From an uncultured delta proteobacterium (GTDB lineage: Bacteria; Desulfobacterota; Binatia; UBA9968), in contig CAVWLW010000003.1 of NCBI GenBank assembly GCA_963755715.1, positions 64,001 to 128,000 on the forward strand: a stretch of DNA of 64,000 bases, in the 5' to 3' direction. Below the pieces are notes generated by a model. That model saw only the letters and a list, made by a program, of their open reading frames with translations. It did no database searches and was not told the origin of the DNA. A program made the translations under genes and the position numbers. Numbering within the stretch: the first letter of the stretch is position 1; every line of letters starts with the position of its first letter. This document shows, one piece after another, positions 12,065 to 23,247 of this stretch.

Positions 12065-14123
12065 TTGCGCGTAGCAGTCGATATCGGCGGAACATTTACC
12101 GACGTGGTCGTGTTTGACGAGGCGAACAGTTCGCTGGCGTTGGCGAAGGCGCTGTCGACGCCGGCGGAGTTGGCGCGCGGGGTGTTGGAAGGTTTGACCA
12201 AGGCTGCCGTGCGCTTCGCCGACGTGTCGACCTTGATTCACGGTTCCACGGTGGTGGTCAACGCGATCATCGAGCGCAATGGCGCCAAGACCGCGCTGGT
12301 GACGACCAAGGGATTTCGCGACGTTTACGAGATCGGCCGCATCAACCGCCCCGAGTCTTTTAACCCGCGCTTTCGCAAGCACCGTCCGCTGGTGCCGCGC
12401 GAAGATATTTTTGAAGTGACCGAGCGCATGCTTGCCGACGGCTCGGTGCGCACGCCGTTCGACGAGCGGGAAGCGCGCGAGGTGGCGCGCATCATCAAGG
12501 AAGAAGGATTCGAAGCGGTGGCGGTATTGTTTCTGCATTCCTATCGTGCGCCGGAGCATGAGATCCGCATGTGCGAGATCCTGCGCGAAACCGATGCAAA
12601 TTTATTTTTAAGCGCGTCCCATGAGCTGTCGCGCGAGTATCGCGAATACGAACGCACTTCGACGGTTGCGGCCAACGCCTACGTCGGACCGAAAGTGAGT
12701 CAATACCTGGGTGATCTCGAACAACGGCTGCGTGACAACAAATTTCGCGGCAATCTCATGATCATGCAGTCCAACGGCGGCTTGTCCGACGTCGACATGG
12801 CGCGGCGCCAGTGCATTCAGATGATGGAGTCTGGACCGGCGGGGGGCGTGGTCGGCACGATGGCGCTCTGCGAATTGCTCGATCTCGACGCCGCGATTGC
12901 TTTCGACATGGGCGGGACTACCGCAAAAGCTTGCGTGATCCGGCGCGGCGAACCGAGCCTTTCGCCGGATTACTTCATCGGCGGCTATAACGAAGGGCTC
13001 GCGGTGCGTATTCCCGTTCTCGACATCGTCGAAGTCGGCACCGGCGGCGGCAGCATCGCGTGGCTCGACGAAGGCGGCGGTCTGCATGTCGGTCCGCGCA
13101 GCGCCGGAGCGGAACCCGGGCCGGCGAGCTACGGACGCGGCGGCACCGAACCGACGGTCACGGACGCGAACGTCATCCTCGGCCGACTCTCGCCCGAGCG
13201 CTTTCTCGGCGGCGAAATGCGCTTGGATCGAAGCGCCGCGGAAAAATCGTTGCGCGAACGGATCGCGCAACCGCTCAACGTCAATCTCGAACGCGCCGCC
13301 TCGGGCATGCTGCAAGTCGCCACTTCGGCGATGGCCAACGCGGTGCGTCATGTGACGCTCGAGCGCGGCCTCGACCCGCGCGATTTTACGCTGGTTGCCT
13401 ACGGCGGCGGCGGACCGCTGCACGCCGCGTCGGTGGCGAAAGAATTGTCGATCGGGAAAATAATTATTCCGAGCGCGCCGGGCCATTTTTCCGCGCTCGG
13501 CATGCTGATGGCCGATCTGCGCCGGGATTACGTGCAAACTTTGTTCGAACGCATGGACGAATCTGGAGATGTTCCAACTGGAAGATCAGTTCAAGAAACT
13601 AGAAGACGAAGGGCGGGCGGCGCTCGAGGCGTCGGGTATTCCGACCGACCGGATCGTCTTCGAGCGCGCCGCCGATATGCGCTACGTCGGTCAGGAACAC
13701 GCGGTGGCGGTGCGCATGCCCGCCAAGGTCGGTGATGAAACCGCGCGCGCCGAGATCAAACGGCTTTTCGACGAGGCGCATGAGCTGCGCTACAGCCACA
13801 GCGCGCCGGAAGAATCCGCCGACATCGTGAGCTTGCGTGTCTCCGCGATCGGGCGGCTCGGCAAACCGCAGTTTGGCCAAATCACCGCCGGTGAAAAAAC
13901 GCCGCCGGCAAATGCTCGGCGCGGTACTCGCATGGTCATCTTCGAAGGCGCCGGGTCCGTCGAGGCGCCGGTCTATGATCGAACCAAGCTGCTGCAAAGC
14001 AATGTGATCTCAGGCCCGGCAATCATCGAGGAGGCGGCGTCAACGACGGTGGTCGAGCCCGGCGATACGGTCACGGTGAATGCGTTCGGACATTTGGTCA
14101 TGCAGCTTAATAGCGCACAATAA
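12065..14123 (+). CDS. hydantoinase A/5-oxoprolinase family ATP-binding subunit (frameshift near 13560)
   Basis: DIGGTFTD, HGSTVVVNA, REYERTST, ESGPAGG, DMGGTT, GTGGGSIA, GPRSAGAEPGP, TVTDAN, YGGGGPLHA, DMRYVGQ. Confidence 0.93.
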
Positions 14124-14170
14124 GTGCGCGCCGAGCCTCAAATCGTTCAAGCCGTTTAAAACATAAAATT

Positions 14171-15971
14171 ATGAATACCGCACAATCAGTGACTAAAACC
14201 CGCGTCGACGCCTTCACCGCCGAAGTGATTCGCAGCGCTTTGGTGGCGATCACCGGAGAGATGAAGACCAATTTGATGCGCACGGCGTATCACACGATCA
14301 TTTACGAAGCCGAAGATTTTACCGTGGGACTTTTCGATGGCGACGGCAACACGATCTCCATCGGGCTCGGGCTGCCGATGTTTATTCGCGGACTTGTCCG
14401 ATGCGATCAAGGCGAAGATCGCGCACTGGGGTAAGGAAAACATCGAGCCGGGCGACATTCTCCTTACCAACGATAGTTACACCATGGGCAGCCACTTGAA
14501 TCATCTGATTTTTACGTTGCCGATTTTTAACGACGGCGAGCTGATGGCGTTTTCTTCTGCGATGGCGCATTGGCAGGACGTCGGCGGACAGCTTGGTGGC
14601 GTGACTCGCGATATTTTTTCTGAAGGTCTGCAGCTGCCGTTCGTGAAAAGTTTCCGGGCCGGAATAGAAAATCCCGAGATCACTGCGATTATCAAAGCCA
14701 ACGTGCGTGTGCCGGAGCGGGCCATGGGCGATATGCGCGCGCAGCTCGCTTCCATCCGCACCGGTGAGCGGCGGGTGATGCATTTACTAAAGCGCTACGG
14801 CAACGAGGCGTTCAAACAGAGCATCCGGTTAATTTACGAGCAGAGTGAAAAAGTCGCGCGCGCGGCAGTGGAGAAAATTCCCGACGGCGTTTACGAAGCC
14901 GAGTCGTTCATGGACGACGACGGCGTGAATCTCCTCAAACATATTCCGATCAAAGTCCGGGTCGAAGTCAGCGGCGACAAGATGACGATCGATCTGAGCG
15001 ATGTCAGCCCGCAGGTGGCGGGATTCTACAACTCCGGCATTACCGCCGGGCGCTCAGCCGCCGAAGTTGTTTTCAAGTGTGTCACGGCTCCGCTATTACT
15101 GCCGATCAACGACGGCTCGTTTCGGCCGCTCAAGATCATTCTTCCGCCGGGGCGAGTGGTGAGCGCGGTGAAGCCGGCGCCGGTGCGTGTCTGGATGACC
15201 GTGCCGATGACCGTGTGCGATACGATTTTTCGCGCGCTGGCGCCGGCGTGTCCGGAACGCACGATCGCCGGACATTACGCCGATCTCTGTACCGTCAACC
15301 CGCATGGTTTCGATGCATCGACCGGGCGCTTTTTCTGGTCGCATATCGGCCATCCAGGTGGTGGTTGGGGCGCCAAGCACGATGAGGACGGCATGAGCGC
15401 GACTGTGTGTCTTAATGACGGCGACACGCACAACTCGCCGGTAGAAGCGACCGAAGCCAAGAGTCCGATCATCGTCGAGCGACGCACCTTGCGCCAAGAC
15501 TCCGGCGGTCCGGGCAAGTTTCGCGGTGGTCTCGGCGTGGCAAACGAAGTGCGCATGCGCCGGACGGCGACGATTCACGCCCATGTGGAGCGGACCATCT
15601 GCGCGCCGTGGGGCCTACACGGCGGCAAGGACGCGCTGGCGAATCGAATTTCGATCGAGCGCACGAACGGCGAGGTAGAAAAATTTCCCACGGGTAAAAT
15701 CAAACCGACGGAGATCGATGCGGGTGATTCTTTCTTGATCGAGACGGCAGGCGGCGGCGGTTTCTGGAATCCGCTACAGCGCGATGCCCAGCGCGTGCTC
15801 GCCGACGTACGCGCCGGTTACGTGTCGCTGGAGGCGGCGCGGCGGGATTACGGCGTCGTGATTCAGCAGCACGGACGACGGTTTGAATTCGATGCCGCAG
15901 CGACCGCGGAGTTGCGCCGGCAAAATAACGCATTACAAATTCCAGATTCCAAATTTCAGGTTGGGGAGTAG
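14171..15971 (+). CDS. hydantoinase B/oxoprolinase family catalytic subunit, copy 1 (frameshift near 14390)
   Basis: RTAYHTIIYEAEDF, PGDILLTND, GSHLNH, AHWQDVGG, FSEGL, DSGGPGKFRGGLG, PWGLHGG, GGGGFWNP. Confidence 0.92.
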
Positions 15972-16009
15972 ACAGCAGCCTCACATGGGAGCGCGGCGAG
16001 TTTTGGAAT

Positions 16010-17808
16010 ATGAAATCTGAAATTTGCGATGCCGAGCGCAGCGAGGCCACGGTGGATGCCTTTACCGTCGAGGTGATCCGCAGCACGGTAGTGGCGATCA
16101 CCGATGAGATGAAGACCAATCTCATGCGCACCGCCTACAACATGATTATCTATGAAGCCGAAGATTTCACCGTCGGCCTGTTCGATCCCGACGGCAACAC
16201 GATTTCTATCGGCCTGGGGTTGCCGATGTTTATCCGCGGGCTGTCGGACGCGATCAAAGCCAAGCTCGCGCATTGGGGCAAGGAAAACATTTTTCCCGGC
16301 GACATACTTCTCACCAACGATCCGCAGGTGATGGGCAGCCATCTAAATCACATGATTTTTACTTTGCCGGTTTTTCACGATGGCGAGCTGGTGGCGTTTT
16401 CGTCGTCGATGGGCCACTGGCAGGATGTGGGCGGCGTACTCGGCGCGGTGACGCGGGATATTTTTTCCGAAGGGCTGCAGATGCCATTCGTGAAGATATT
16501 CAAATCCGGCAAGCAGGACGCCGAGCTGACAGCGATCATTCGCAGCAACTGCCGCTTGCCGGAATTCGCCATGGGTGACTTTCGCGCGCAGATCGCCGCG
16601 ATCCGCACCGGCGAGCGGCGTTTAACGCGATTGCTCCAGCGCTACGGCGCCGAGACGTTCAAAGAGTCCGTGCGGCTGATATTCGATCAGAGCGAGAAGT
16701 TGGCGCGCGCCGCGGTGGAAAAAATTCCCGACGGGGTTTACGAAGCCGAATCGTTCATGGACGACGACGGCGTCAACCTGGGCAAGCATGTGCCGATCAA
16801 AGTCCGCGTCGAAGTGCAGGGCGACGAGATGACCGTTGATTTGAGCGGCGTGAGCCCGCAAGTGGCGGGGCCGTACAATTCGGGTTCGACGGCGGGACGC
16901 TCGGCGTCGGAAGTCGCTTTCAAATTTCTCACAACGCCGCTGCTGTTGCCGATCAACCACGGCTCTTTCCGGCCGCTCAAGGTCATCTTGCCGCCGGGAC
17001 GCATCGTGAGCGCCACCAAACCGGCGCCGGTGCGCACTTGGATGACCGTGCCGATGACGGTTGCGGATACGATCTTCAAGGCGCTGGCGACCGCTTGTCC
17101 CGACAATGTTATGGCGGGGCAGCACGCGGACCTCGCCATTCCGCGCACCTTCGGTCTCGATCCCAAAACTGGCCGCGCTTTTCACTTTCCGCAGACACTT
17201 TCGGGCGGCGGTTGGGGCGCCTTGCACGATTGCGACGGACAGAACGCAACATTTTGCATCAACGATGGCGACACGCATAACACGCCGGTGGAAGCAGGCG
17301 AAGGGAAAGGGCCGATATTCATCTCCTATCGAAAGCTGCGCGAAGATTCAGGCGGTCCGGGCAAGTTCCGCGGCGGACTCGGCGTGGCGCAAGAAGTACG
17401 AATGCTCGCGCCGGCCAGCGTGCAATCCGCGATGGAGCGGACGCTTTGCCCGCCGTGGGGACTGCACGGCGGTAAAGACGCGCTGGCCAACCGCTTCAGT
17501 ATCGTGCGCAAGGACGGATCGATACAGAGATTGCCGACTGGGAAAACCGCCGGGCATGTCGCTCTCGAGGCCGGCGACGGATTTCTCATCGAAGTGGGCG
17601 GTGGCGGCGGATTTTGGAATCCATTGGAGCGCGATCCGGCGCGCGTGCTCGACGACGTTCGTTCCGGCTACGTTTCGCATCGAAGCGGCGCGGCGCGAAT
17701 ACGGAGTGGTGATTCGGCAAAACGGGCGGAAGTTCGAGATCGATGTGGCAGCGACTGCGGGAGTTAAGGCGAGCACGCGAATCTGAGCGGCGGCCCATTC
17801 CTGCCTGA
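16010..17808 (+). CDS. hydantoinase B/oxoprolinase family catalytic subunit, copy 2 (indels near 17680 and 17760)
   Basis: Close paralog of copy 1 with the same motifs. Removing one G near 17760 restores the ATAELRR ending seen in copy 1, with a stop at 17806-17808. Confidence 0.92.
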
Positions 17809-17841
17809 GAGGCTGGGGCGCGGTGAGGAAATTTCTATAGG

Positions 17842-17917
17842 TGTCATGCTGAGCACGCGAAGCATCCCGCATTTCAAGGACGAAGCGAGATCCTTCGCCT
17901 ATCGGCTCAGGATGACA
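17842..17917. repeat. REP-like inverted doublet (TGTCATGCTGAG...CTCAGGATGACA)
   Basis: Imperfect inverted repeat with internal small hairpins; same family at 24307-24527 and 35710-35767. Confidence 0.75.
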
Positions 17918-18022
17918 TCACGATGCAGTTGCCTTGCAAGCGAAAAATATCTTCTGATTGGTGCCGCCAGTTCGCTGCCCGGCAACAGCTGATTGTCGAT
18001 TCTTATAACCGGAGGCGGATTA

Positions 18023-19023
18023 ATGACGACGAAAAATCAACGGCCGATACTTCAAGCGGCCGCGGTTTTGGGAGCGGCGTTCCTCTTGGTTGTTTCGGCA
18101 TCTCCGGGATTCGGCTCAAGAAACCCGAACCAAGATCCGCATCTCTTACCCCAACATCTCGATCTGCTGCCTGGCTTTGTTCGCCGCGCAGCAGTGGAAG
18201 ATCTTCGAACAGAACGGCCTTGACGTTGAAAGCATTCAGATGCGCTCCCAAGCCGCCAATTCAGCCTTGGCCAGCGGCGACATTCACTATGTCGCCGGCG
18301 TCGGTCCCAACTCAGTTGCGGCAACGCTGCGGGGATTGCCTTCCAAAGCCGTCTGGTTTGCCTCTGAGTCGCTGATCTACACGGTTCTCGCTCGGCCCGA
18401 GTTCAAGTCGCTAAAAGAATTGCGCGGCAAGCGGCTCGGCCTTACCGGACTCGGCGGCACGTCGGACGTGGCCCTGCGCATTGCTCTGGAAGCGGTCGGG
18501 GAAAATCCCAAAGACTTCATTATTGTCGCTCTGGGCGCACCGCAGCTGATGAGCGGGTTGGAGAGCGGCACCATCGAAGCAGCGCAGCTCAATTCGCCGT
18601 TGAATTATCACGCCAAGAAAAAAGGTTTTCGCGAGCTCCTCGATATCGGTGCGCACGTGCAGATGCCGCTGGGCGGGATAACCGCGTCTAATGCCTCCAT
18701 CCAAAACCGCAGCGAGCGAGCTCAAACGCGTGATCCGCTCTTTGCAAATGGCCAAGAGAGCGCTGCTTCAGTCGAAAGAAAAAGCGATTGATTTGATCAT
18801 GCGCACCATTCGCGTCGACCGAGAGGTGGCGGAAGAAATGTTCGCCGATAATCGGCGTAGCGCTTCGGGCAACGGCGTGCCGAGCCGCGAGGGCATGGAG
18901 CAGATCGTCAAATCGCTGCAGATGCTCGGTCAGTTCACCGGCAAGAAGATTGCTTTCGAGGAAATCACCGACACGCGTATCGCGCGGGAAGTCGCGAAGG
19001 AGTTAGGTTACAAGGTCGATTAG
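18023..19023 (+). CDS. ABC substrate-binding protein, NMT1/SsuA-like, subtype A with SICC motif (indels near 18105 and 18715)
   Basis: GGAGG RBS, signal peptide, IRISYP, ALASGDIHY, LKELRGKRLG, GFRELLD. Confidence 0.88.
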
Positions 19024-19078
19024 GCTTCAAGGTTTTGGCTTTAGGGTGTCCGGATCTGCTTAGTCTACGAGCACAACA

Positions 19079-20044
19079 GTGCGAGCTGGATTGATTCTCC
19101 TGTGTGAATTGATTTGCGCGCTATGCCTCGGCGATCCTTCATTCGCGCAGGACAGAGTTCGCATTGCCTACGTCGGACCGTCCCTCAGCAACTTGCCGCT
19201 GCTCGCTGCCAAAGAAACCGGAATATTTGCTCGCCATAAGTTGGACGTCGAGATTCTGCTATTGACGTCGCAGCTCTCAGCCGTGGCCCTGGGCGCCGGG
19301 GAGCTTGAATACGTCGCCGGCGTCGGTCCTGGGTCAGTCGGCGGGACTCTCGCGGGTATTCCTTCCCGCGCTGTATGGGTCGTCTCCAATCGGATTCTAC
19401 ACTCGGTCGTCGCGCAACCGGAAGTGAAGTCTTTACAAGACTTGCGCGGAAAAAAGATCGGCGTCACCGGATTAGGCGGGACGACGCATACCTCGTTGAT
19501 GATGGCGATCGAAAAGTTCGGCGGCAATCCGCGGGAATATATCGTCGTGTCGCTCGGACCGCAGCAATACCTGCGGGCCTTAGAGTCTAAAGCTGTAGAC
19601 GCTGCAACCGTCGACCCGCCGTTGCTGTTTCTTGTGCTGAAAAAAGGCTTCAGCAGGATCCTCGATCTCGGCTCGGTCGTAGAGATGCCGGTGGGTGGTT
19701 TGACCACAATGATGAAGACATTAAACTCAAAGTCCGAGCAAGTCGTAAGAATCATCAAATCGCTGCAAGAGGCGAAAGATTTACTGCTGAGCTCCAAAGA
19801 ACGCGCCGTCGACTTCACGATAAAAGTCATGAAGATGGACCGCGAAAGCGCGCTCAGGAGCTATGAGCTCATGGCTGTTGCCTGGGTTGGCACCGGCGTG
19901 CCGACGCGCGCGGGCATGGAAAATATTATCCGCGGGGTTCAGTCACAGGGTCGCTTCGCTGACAAGAAGGTGGCGTTCGAAGACGTCGCCGATAGCAGAT
20001 TTGCAATTCAGGCAGCGCGGGAATTGGGTCATAAAGCCGAATAG
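19079..20044 (+). CDS. ABC substrate-binding protein, NMT1/SsuA-like, subtype B
   Basis: Signal peptide, VRIAYVG, AKETGIFARHKLDVE, LQDLRGKKIGVT. Confidence 0.9.
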   Translation: MRAGLILLCELICALCLGDPSFAQDRVRIAYVGPSLSNLPLLAAKETGIFARHKLDVEILLLTSQLSAVALGAGELEYVAGVGPGSVGGTLAGIPSRAVWVVSNRILHSVVAQPEVKSLQDLRGKKIGVTGLGGTTHTSLMMAIEKFGGNPREYIVVSLGPQQYLRALESKAVDAATVDPPLLFLVLKKGFSRILDLGSVVEMPVGGLTTMMKTLNSKSEQVVRIIKSLQEAKDLLLSSKERAVDFTIKVMKMDRESALRSYELMAVAWVGTGVPTRAGMENIIRGVQSQGRFADKKVAFEDVADSRFAIQAARELGHKAE

Positions 20045-20077
20045 CCTGCATGGGTCGATTACAAAACGAGGTGCGCC

Positions 20078-20917
20078 GTGAAGCAGTTGACAGCTAACGT
20101 ACTCGTGGAAACCGGGTTGAAGGGCGCCAATCACGGCGTCGTCACGACCTCGGATGGCGTGGTGTTAATCGATACGCCGCATAAGCCGAGCGACGCCGTG
20201 CGGTTGAAAGGGGAGATCGAGCGGCTCGGCCGGCTGCGTTACATTATCAACACCGAGCCGCACGGCGATCATTGGACCGGCAATGCTTTCTTCGACGTAC
20301 CGGTGGTCGCGCACGAAGGCGTGCGCTCGCGCATCCTCGGCACTGATTTGGCCGCGCATGTCGCGCGCGTGGCTTCCTTCGGACCTGACGAATCAAAGTT
20401 TCTGGAAAACTATAAAGCCAACGCGCCGGTGATCACGTTTCAGAGCGAGATGACCTTGCACGTGGGCAATCACACGTTTCATATGATCCATATGCCCGGC
20501 CACACGCCGTACCAAGCGGCCGTGATCGTCGAAGAAGAAGGCGTCGTTTTCACCAGCGACAATATTTTTTGCAAGGTGCAGACTTGGCTCCAAGAGGCCA
20601 ATCCGGATCATTGGCTGAAAGCGCTCGCGTCACTGCGCGCGTTGCGCGAGGATACGTTCGTCCCCGGCCACGGGCCGGTTTGCGATAAGCGCTACTTGGA
20701 CGAGCAAGGCTCTTTCATCAGCGAATGGGTCGAGTACGTGCGCGGCGGCATCGAGCGCGGCATGAACAAAGAGGAGTGCGTCGCCAACCTCACCGCATTG
20801 ACCGACCGATATCCTATGGACGTCGGCCAAGACGGCATGGCGCCGCACGTGATGCGCTTAAACGTCGCCAATCTTTATGATTACCTAACCAGCGCCGGCA
20901 TCCACAAACCTAGCTAA
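20078..20917 (+). CDS. MBL-fold metallo-hydrolase (cyclase-like)
   Basis: VLIDTP, TEPHGDH (HxHxDH variant), PGHT, SDN, VPGHG. Confidence 0.88.
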   Translation: MKQLTANVLVETGLKGANHGVVTTSDGVVLIDTPHKPSDAVRLKGEIERLGRLRYIINTEPHGDHWTGNAFFDVPVVAHEGVRSRILGTDLAAHVARVASFGPDESKFLENYKANAPVITFQSEMTLHVGNHTFHMIHMPGHTPYQAAVIVEEEGVVFTSDNIFCKVQTWLQEANPDHWLKALASLRALREDTFVPGHGPVCDKRYLDEQGSFISEWVEYVRGGIERGMNKEECVANLTALTDRYPMDVGQDGMAPHVMRLNVANLYDYLTSAGIHKPS

Positions 20918-20920
20918 ATA

Positions 20921-21067
20921 TTTTTGGATTTTCGATTGCCGATTTTAGATGGGGGAATCGAAAACATGAATAATCGATTTTGGCGGGCATTTTTCCAGCT
21001 GAGTTTGTTTCCTAATCTAAAATCCAAAGCATGTCCTGAGCAACGACGAAGAATCCAAAATCGAAAA
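20921..21067. repeat. inverted heptamer arrays flanking the RBS/ATG, with a 24-bp REP-like in-frame insert
   Basis: TTGGATT TTCGATT GCCGATT TTAGAT upstream; AATCTAA AATCCAA A[GCATGTCCTGAGCAACGACGAAGA]ATCCAA AATCGAA inside the CDS. Confidence 0.75.
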
Positions 21068-22037
21068 CGGATCGGGATTCTTGCAATCGCAATGGCGCTG
21101 CTAAGCCATTGGGCGACGGCGTACGGCCAGGAGGGAAAAACCAAGATCAGAATCGCGATTCCTAGTGCGTCGATATGTTGCCTTCATTTATTTGCCGCGC
21201 AGCAGTGGAAAGTTTTCGAAGACAACGGGCTCGACGTCGAGATCATTCAAATGCGGCCCGCAGGTGGCCAACGCCGCGATGGTCAGCCGGAGAAATTCAT
21301 TATTTCGCAGGCGTCGGGCCGAATTCAGTCGCTGCCACTTTGCGGGGACTACCGTCAAGGGCAGTTTGGTTTGCATCGGACCAGTTGATTTACTCGCTTG
21401 TTGGCGCGTCCGGAGTTCAAATCACTGAGGGAGCTTCGCTCCAAGCGCATCGGCGTGGGCGGTTTGGGCGACACCACCGAAGTGTCGCTGAGAATCGGTC
21501 TCGAAGCCGCCGGCGAGAATTCCAGAGACTTCATTATCCTCGGCGTAGGCACGCAAAACTTGCTGAGCGCGCTCGACAGCGGGAGCGTCGATGCCGCGCA
21601 ATTCAATCCGCCGCTCCTCTATTATGCAAAAAAGAAAGGCTTCCGCGACCTGTTGGACATCGGTGCGCATGTAAAAATGCCGCTCGGCGGCCTGACGACG
21701 CTGGATCACAACAATTCAAAATCGTCCGGCCGAAATGCGCCGTCTCATTCGCGCTATGCAGCTCGCCAAGCGAAGCCTGCTTCAGTCCAAGGAAAAAAGT
21801 GTTGAACTGATGATCCGCGTGCTGAAATTGAACCGGGAAACCGCCGAGGACACTTTTGTTGATTATCAAAAAACCGTCAGCGGCAATGGCGTGCCGAGCC
21901 GCGACGGCATCGAACAGATCGTCAAATCGCTTCAGCTGTTAGGCCAATTCGTCGGTAGGAAGGTCGGCTTCGAAGAAGTTGCCGATGCGCGAATCGCCAG
22001 AGAAGTCGCGAAGGAACTGGGTTACAAGATTGAGTAG
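20966..22037 (+). CDS. ABC substrate-binding protein, NMT1/SsuA-like, subtype A with SICC motif (several indels)
   Basis: Paralog of 18023..19023 (SICCLHLFAAQQWK, GVGPNSVAATLRG, SGNGVPSR, IAREVAKELGYK), assembled from four ORF pieces. Confidence 0.85.
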
Positions 22038-22131
22038 CTTGGATTGTCGGGGGAGACGGGAGTCGAGCCGTACGATTGTTGATCGAGCCAATTTGAGTGC
22101 CAGTGTTACCGAGGAATGAAGGGCGGCGAGC

Positions 22132-23108
22132 GTGATGCAACCCAAGTTCTTAACGGCATCGTTTTTCGTGGGAGCATTCTGCTTGGTGTCCAATGCCAGC
22201 GGCGGTCTATTGGCTCAAGACAAGGTTCGTATCGGCTACATCGGCTTGTCGTTGAGCAGTATGCCGCTCCTTGCCGCACGGGACCTCGGGTTATTTGCCA
22301 AAAACGGCATTCAGGCGGAACTCTTGATGCTTACCTTCCAGCTTTCGTCATGGCGCTCAATGCCGGAGACTTGGAATACGTCGCCGGCGTTGGCCCCGGC
22401 TCGGTGAGCGCTACCCTGGGAGGGAGCTCGTCGCGCGCGGTGTGGATCGTCGCCAATCGGCTGATCTACAATGTTATCGCGCAGCCAGAGGTGAAAACGC
22501 TTCAAGAGCTTCGCGGCAAGAGGATCGGTGTGAGCGGCCTGGGAGCGACGACCCACACTGCGTTTACGATGGCCGTGGAGAAAGCCGGGGCCAATCCGAA
22601 GGACTTCATCGTGGTTGGCCTCGGGCCACAACAGCAGCAGCGCGCGCTGGAGTCGAAGAGCATCGAAGCAGTGATTGTCGATCCGCCGGTGCTGTTTGTA
22701 TTACTCAAGAAGGGTTTCAGCAAAGTTCTCGATATCGGCGCGGCGGTGGAAATGCCGGTGGGCGGACTAACGACGCTGATCAAGACTCTGGGCGCCAGAC
22801 CGGATCAAGTCCGACGCGTCATCAGAGCGCTGCAAGAAGCGAAGGAAGCGCTCATTGCTTCAAAAGAAAGATCAGTGGACCTTATTGCCAAGACGATGAA
22901 AATGGATCAGGAAACCGCGACAAAGACGCATGAGATGATGGCATTGGCGTGGGCTGGGAGCGGAGTGCCGACGCGAACGGGCATGGAGAATATCGTCAAG
23001 GGGATTCAATCTCAGGGTCGATTCGCGGATCGGAAAGTCGCTTTCGAGGAAATCGCCGACCCACGCCTCGCATTGCAAGTCGCGCGCGAGCTCGCTCACA
23101 AGGATTGA
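22132..23108 (+). CDS. ABC substrate-binding protein, NMT1/SsuA-like, subtype B (indel near 22340)
   Basis: Paralog of 19079..20044 (LEYVAGVGPGSV, EMPVGGLTT, GVPTRTGMENI). Confidence 0.87.
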
Positions 23109-23247
23109 GAGAGAAACACTTGATCCCGAAATTCGAAACGGATCCAAATATTCAATTAGTCGCCGATTTTGGATTTTGATGGAGGGAAGGGACCGTGAAG
23201 TAGAAACATAACCGCGAATTCATTTCCATCCATGGTGGGAGTTGCCT

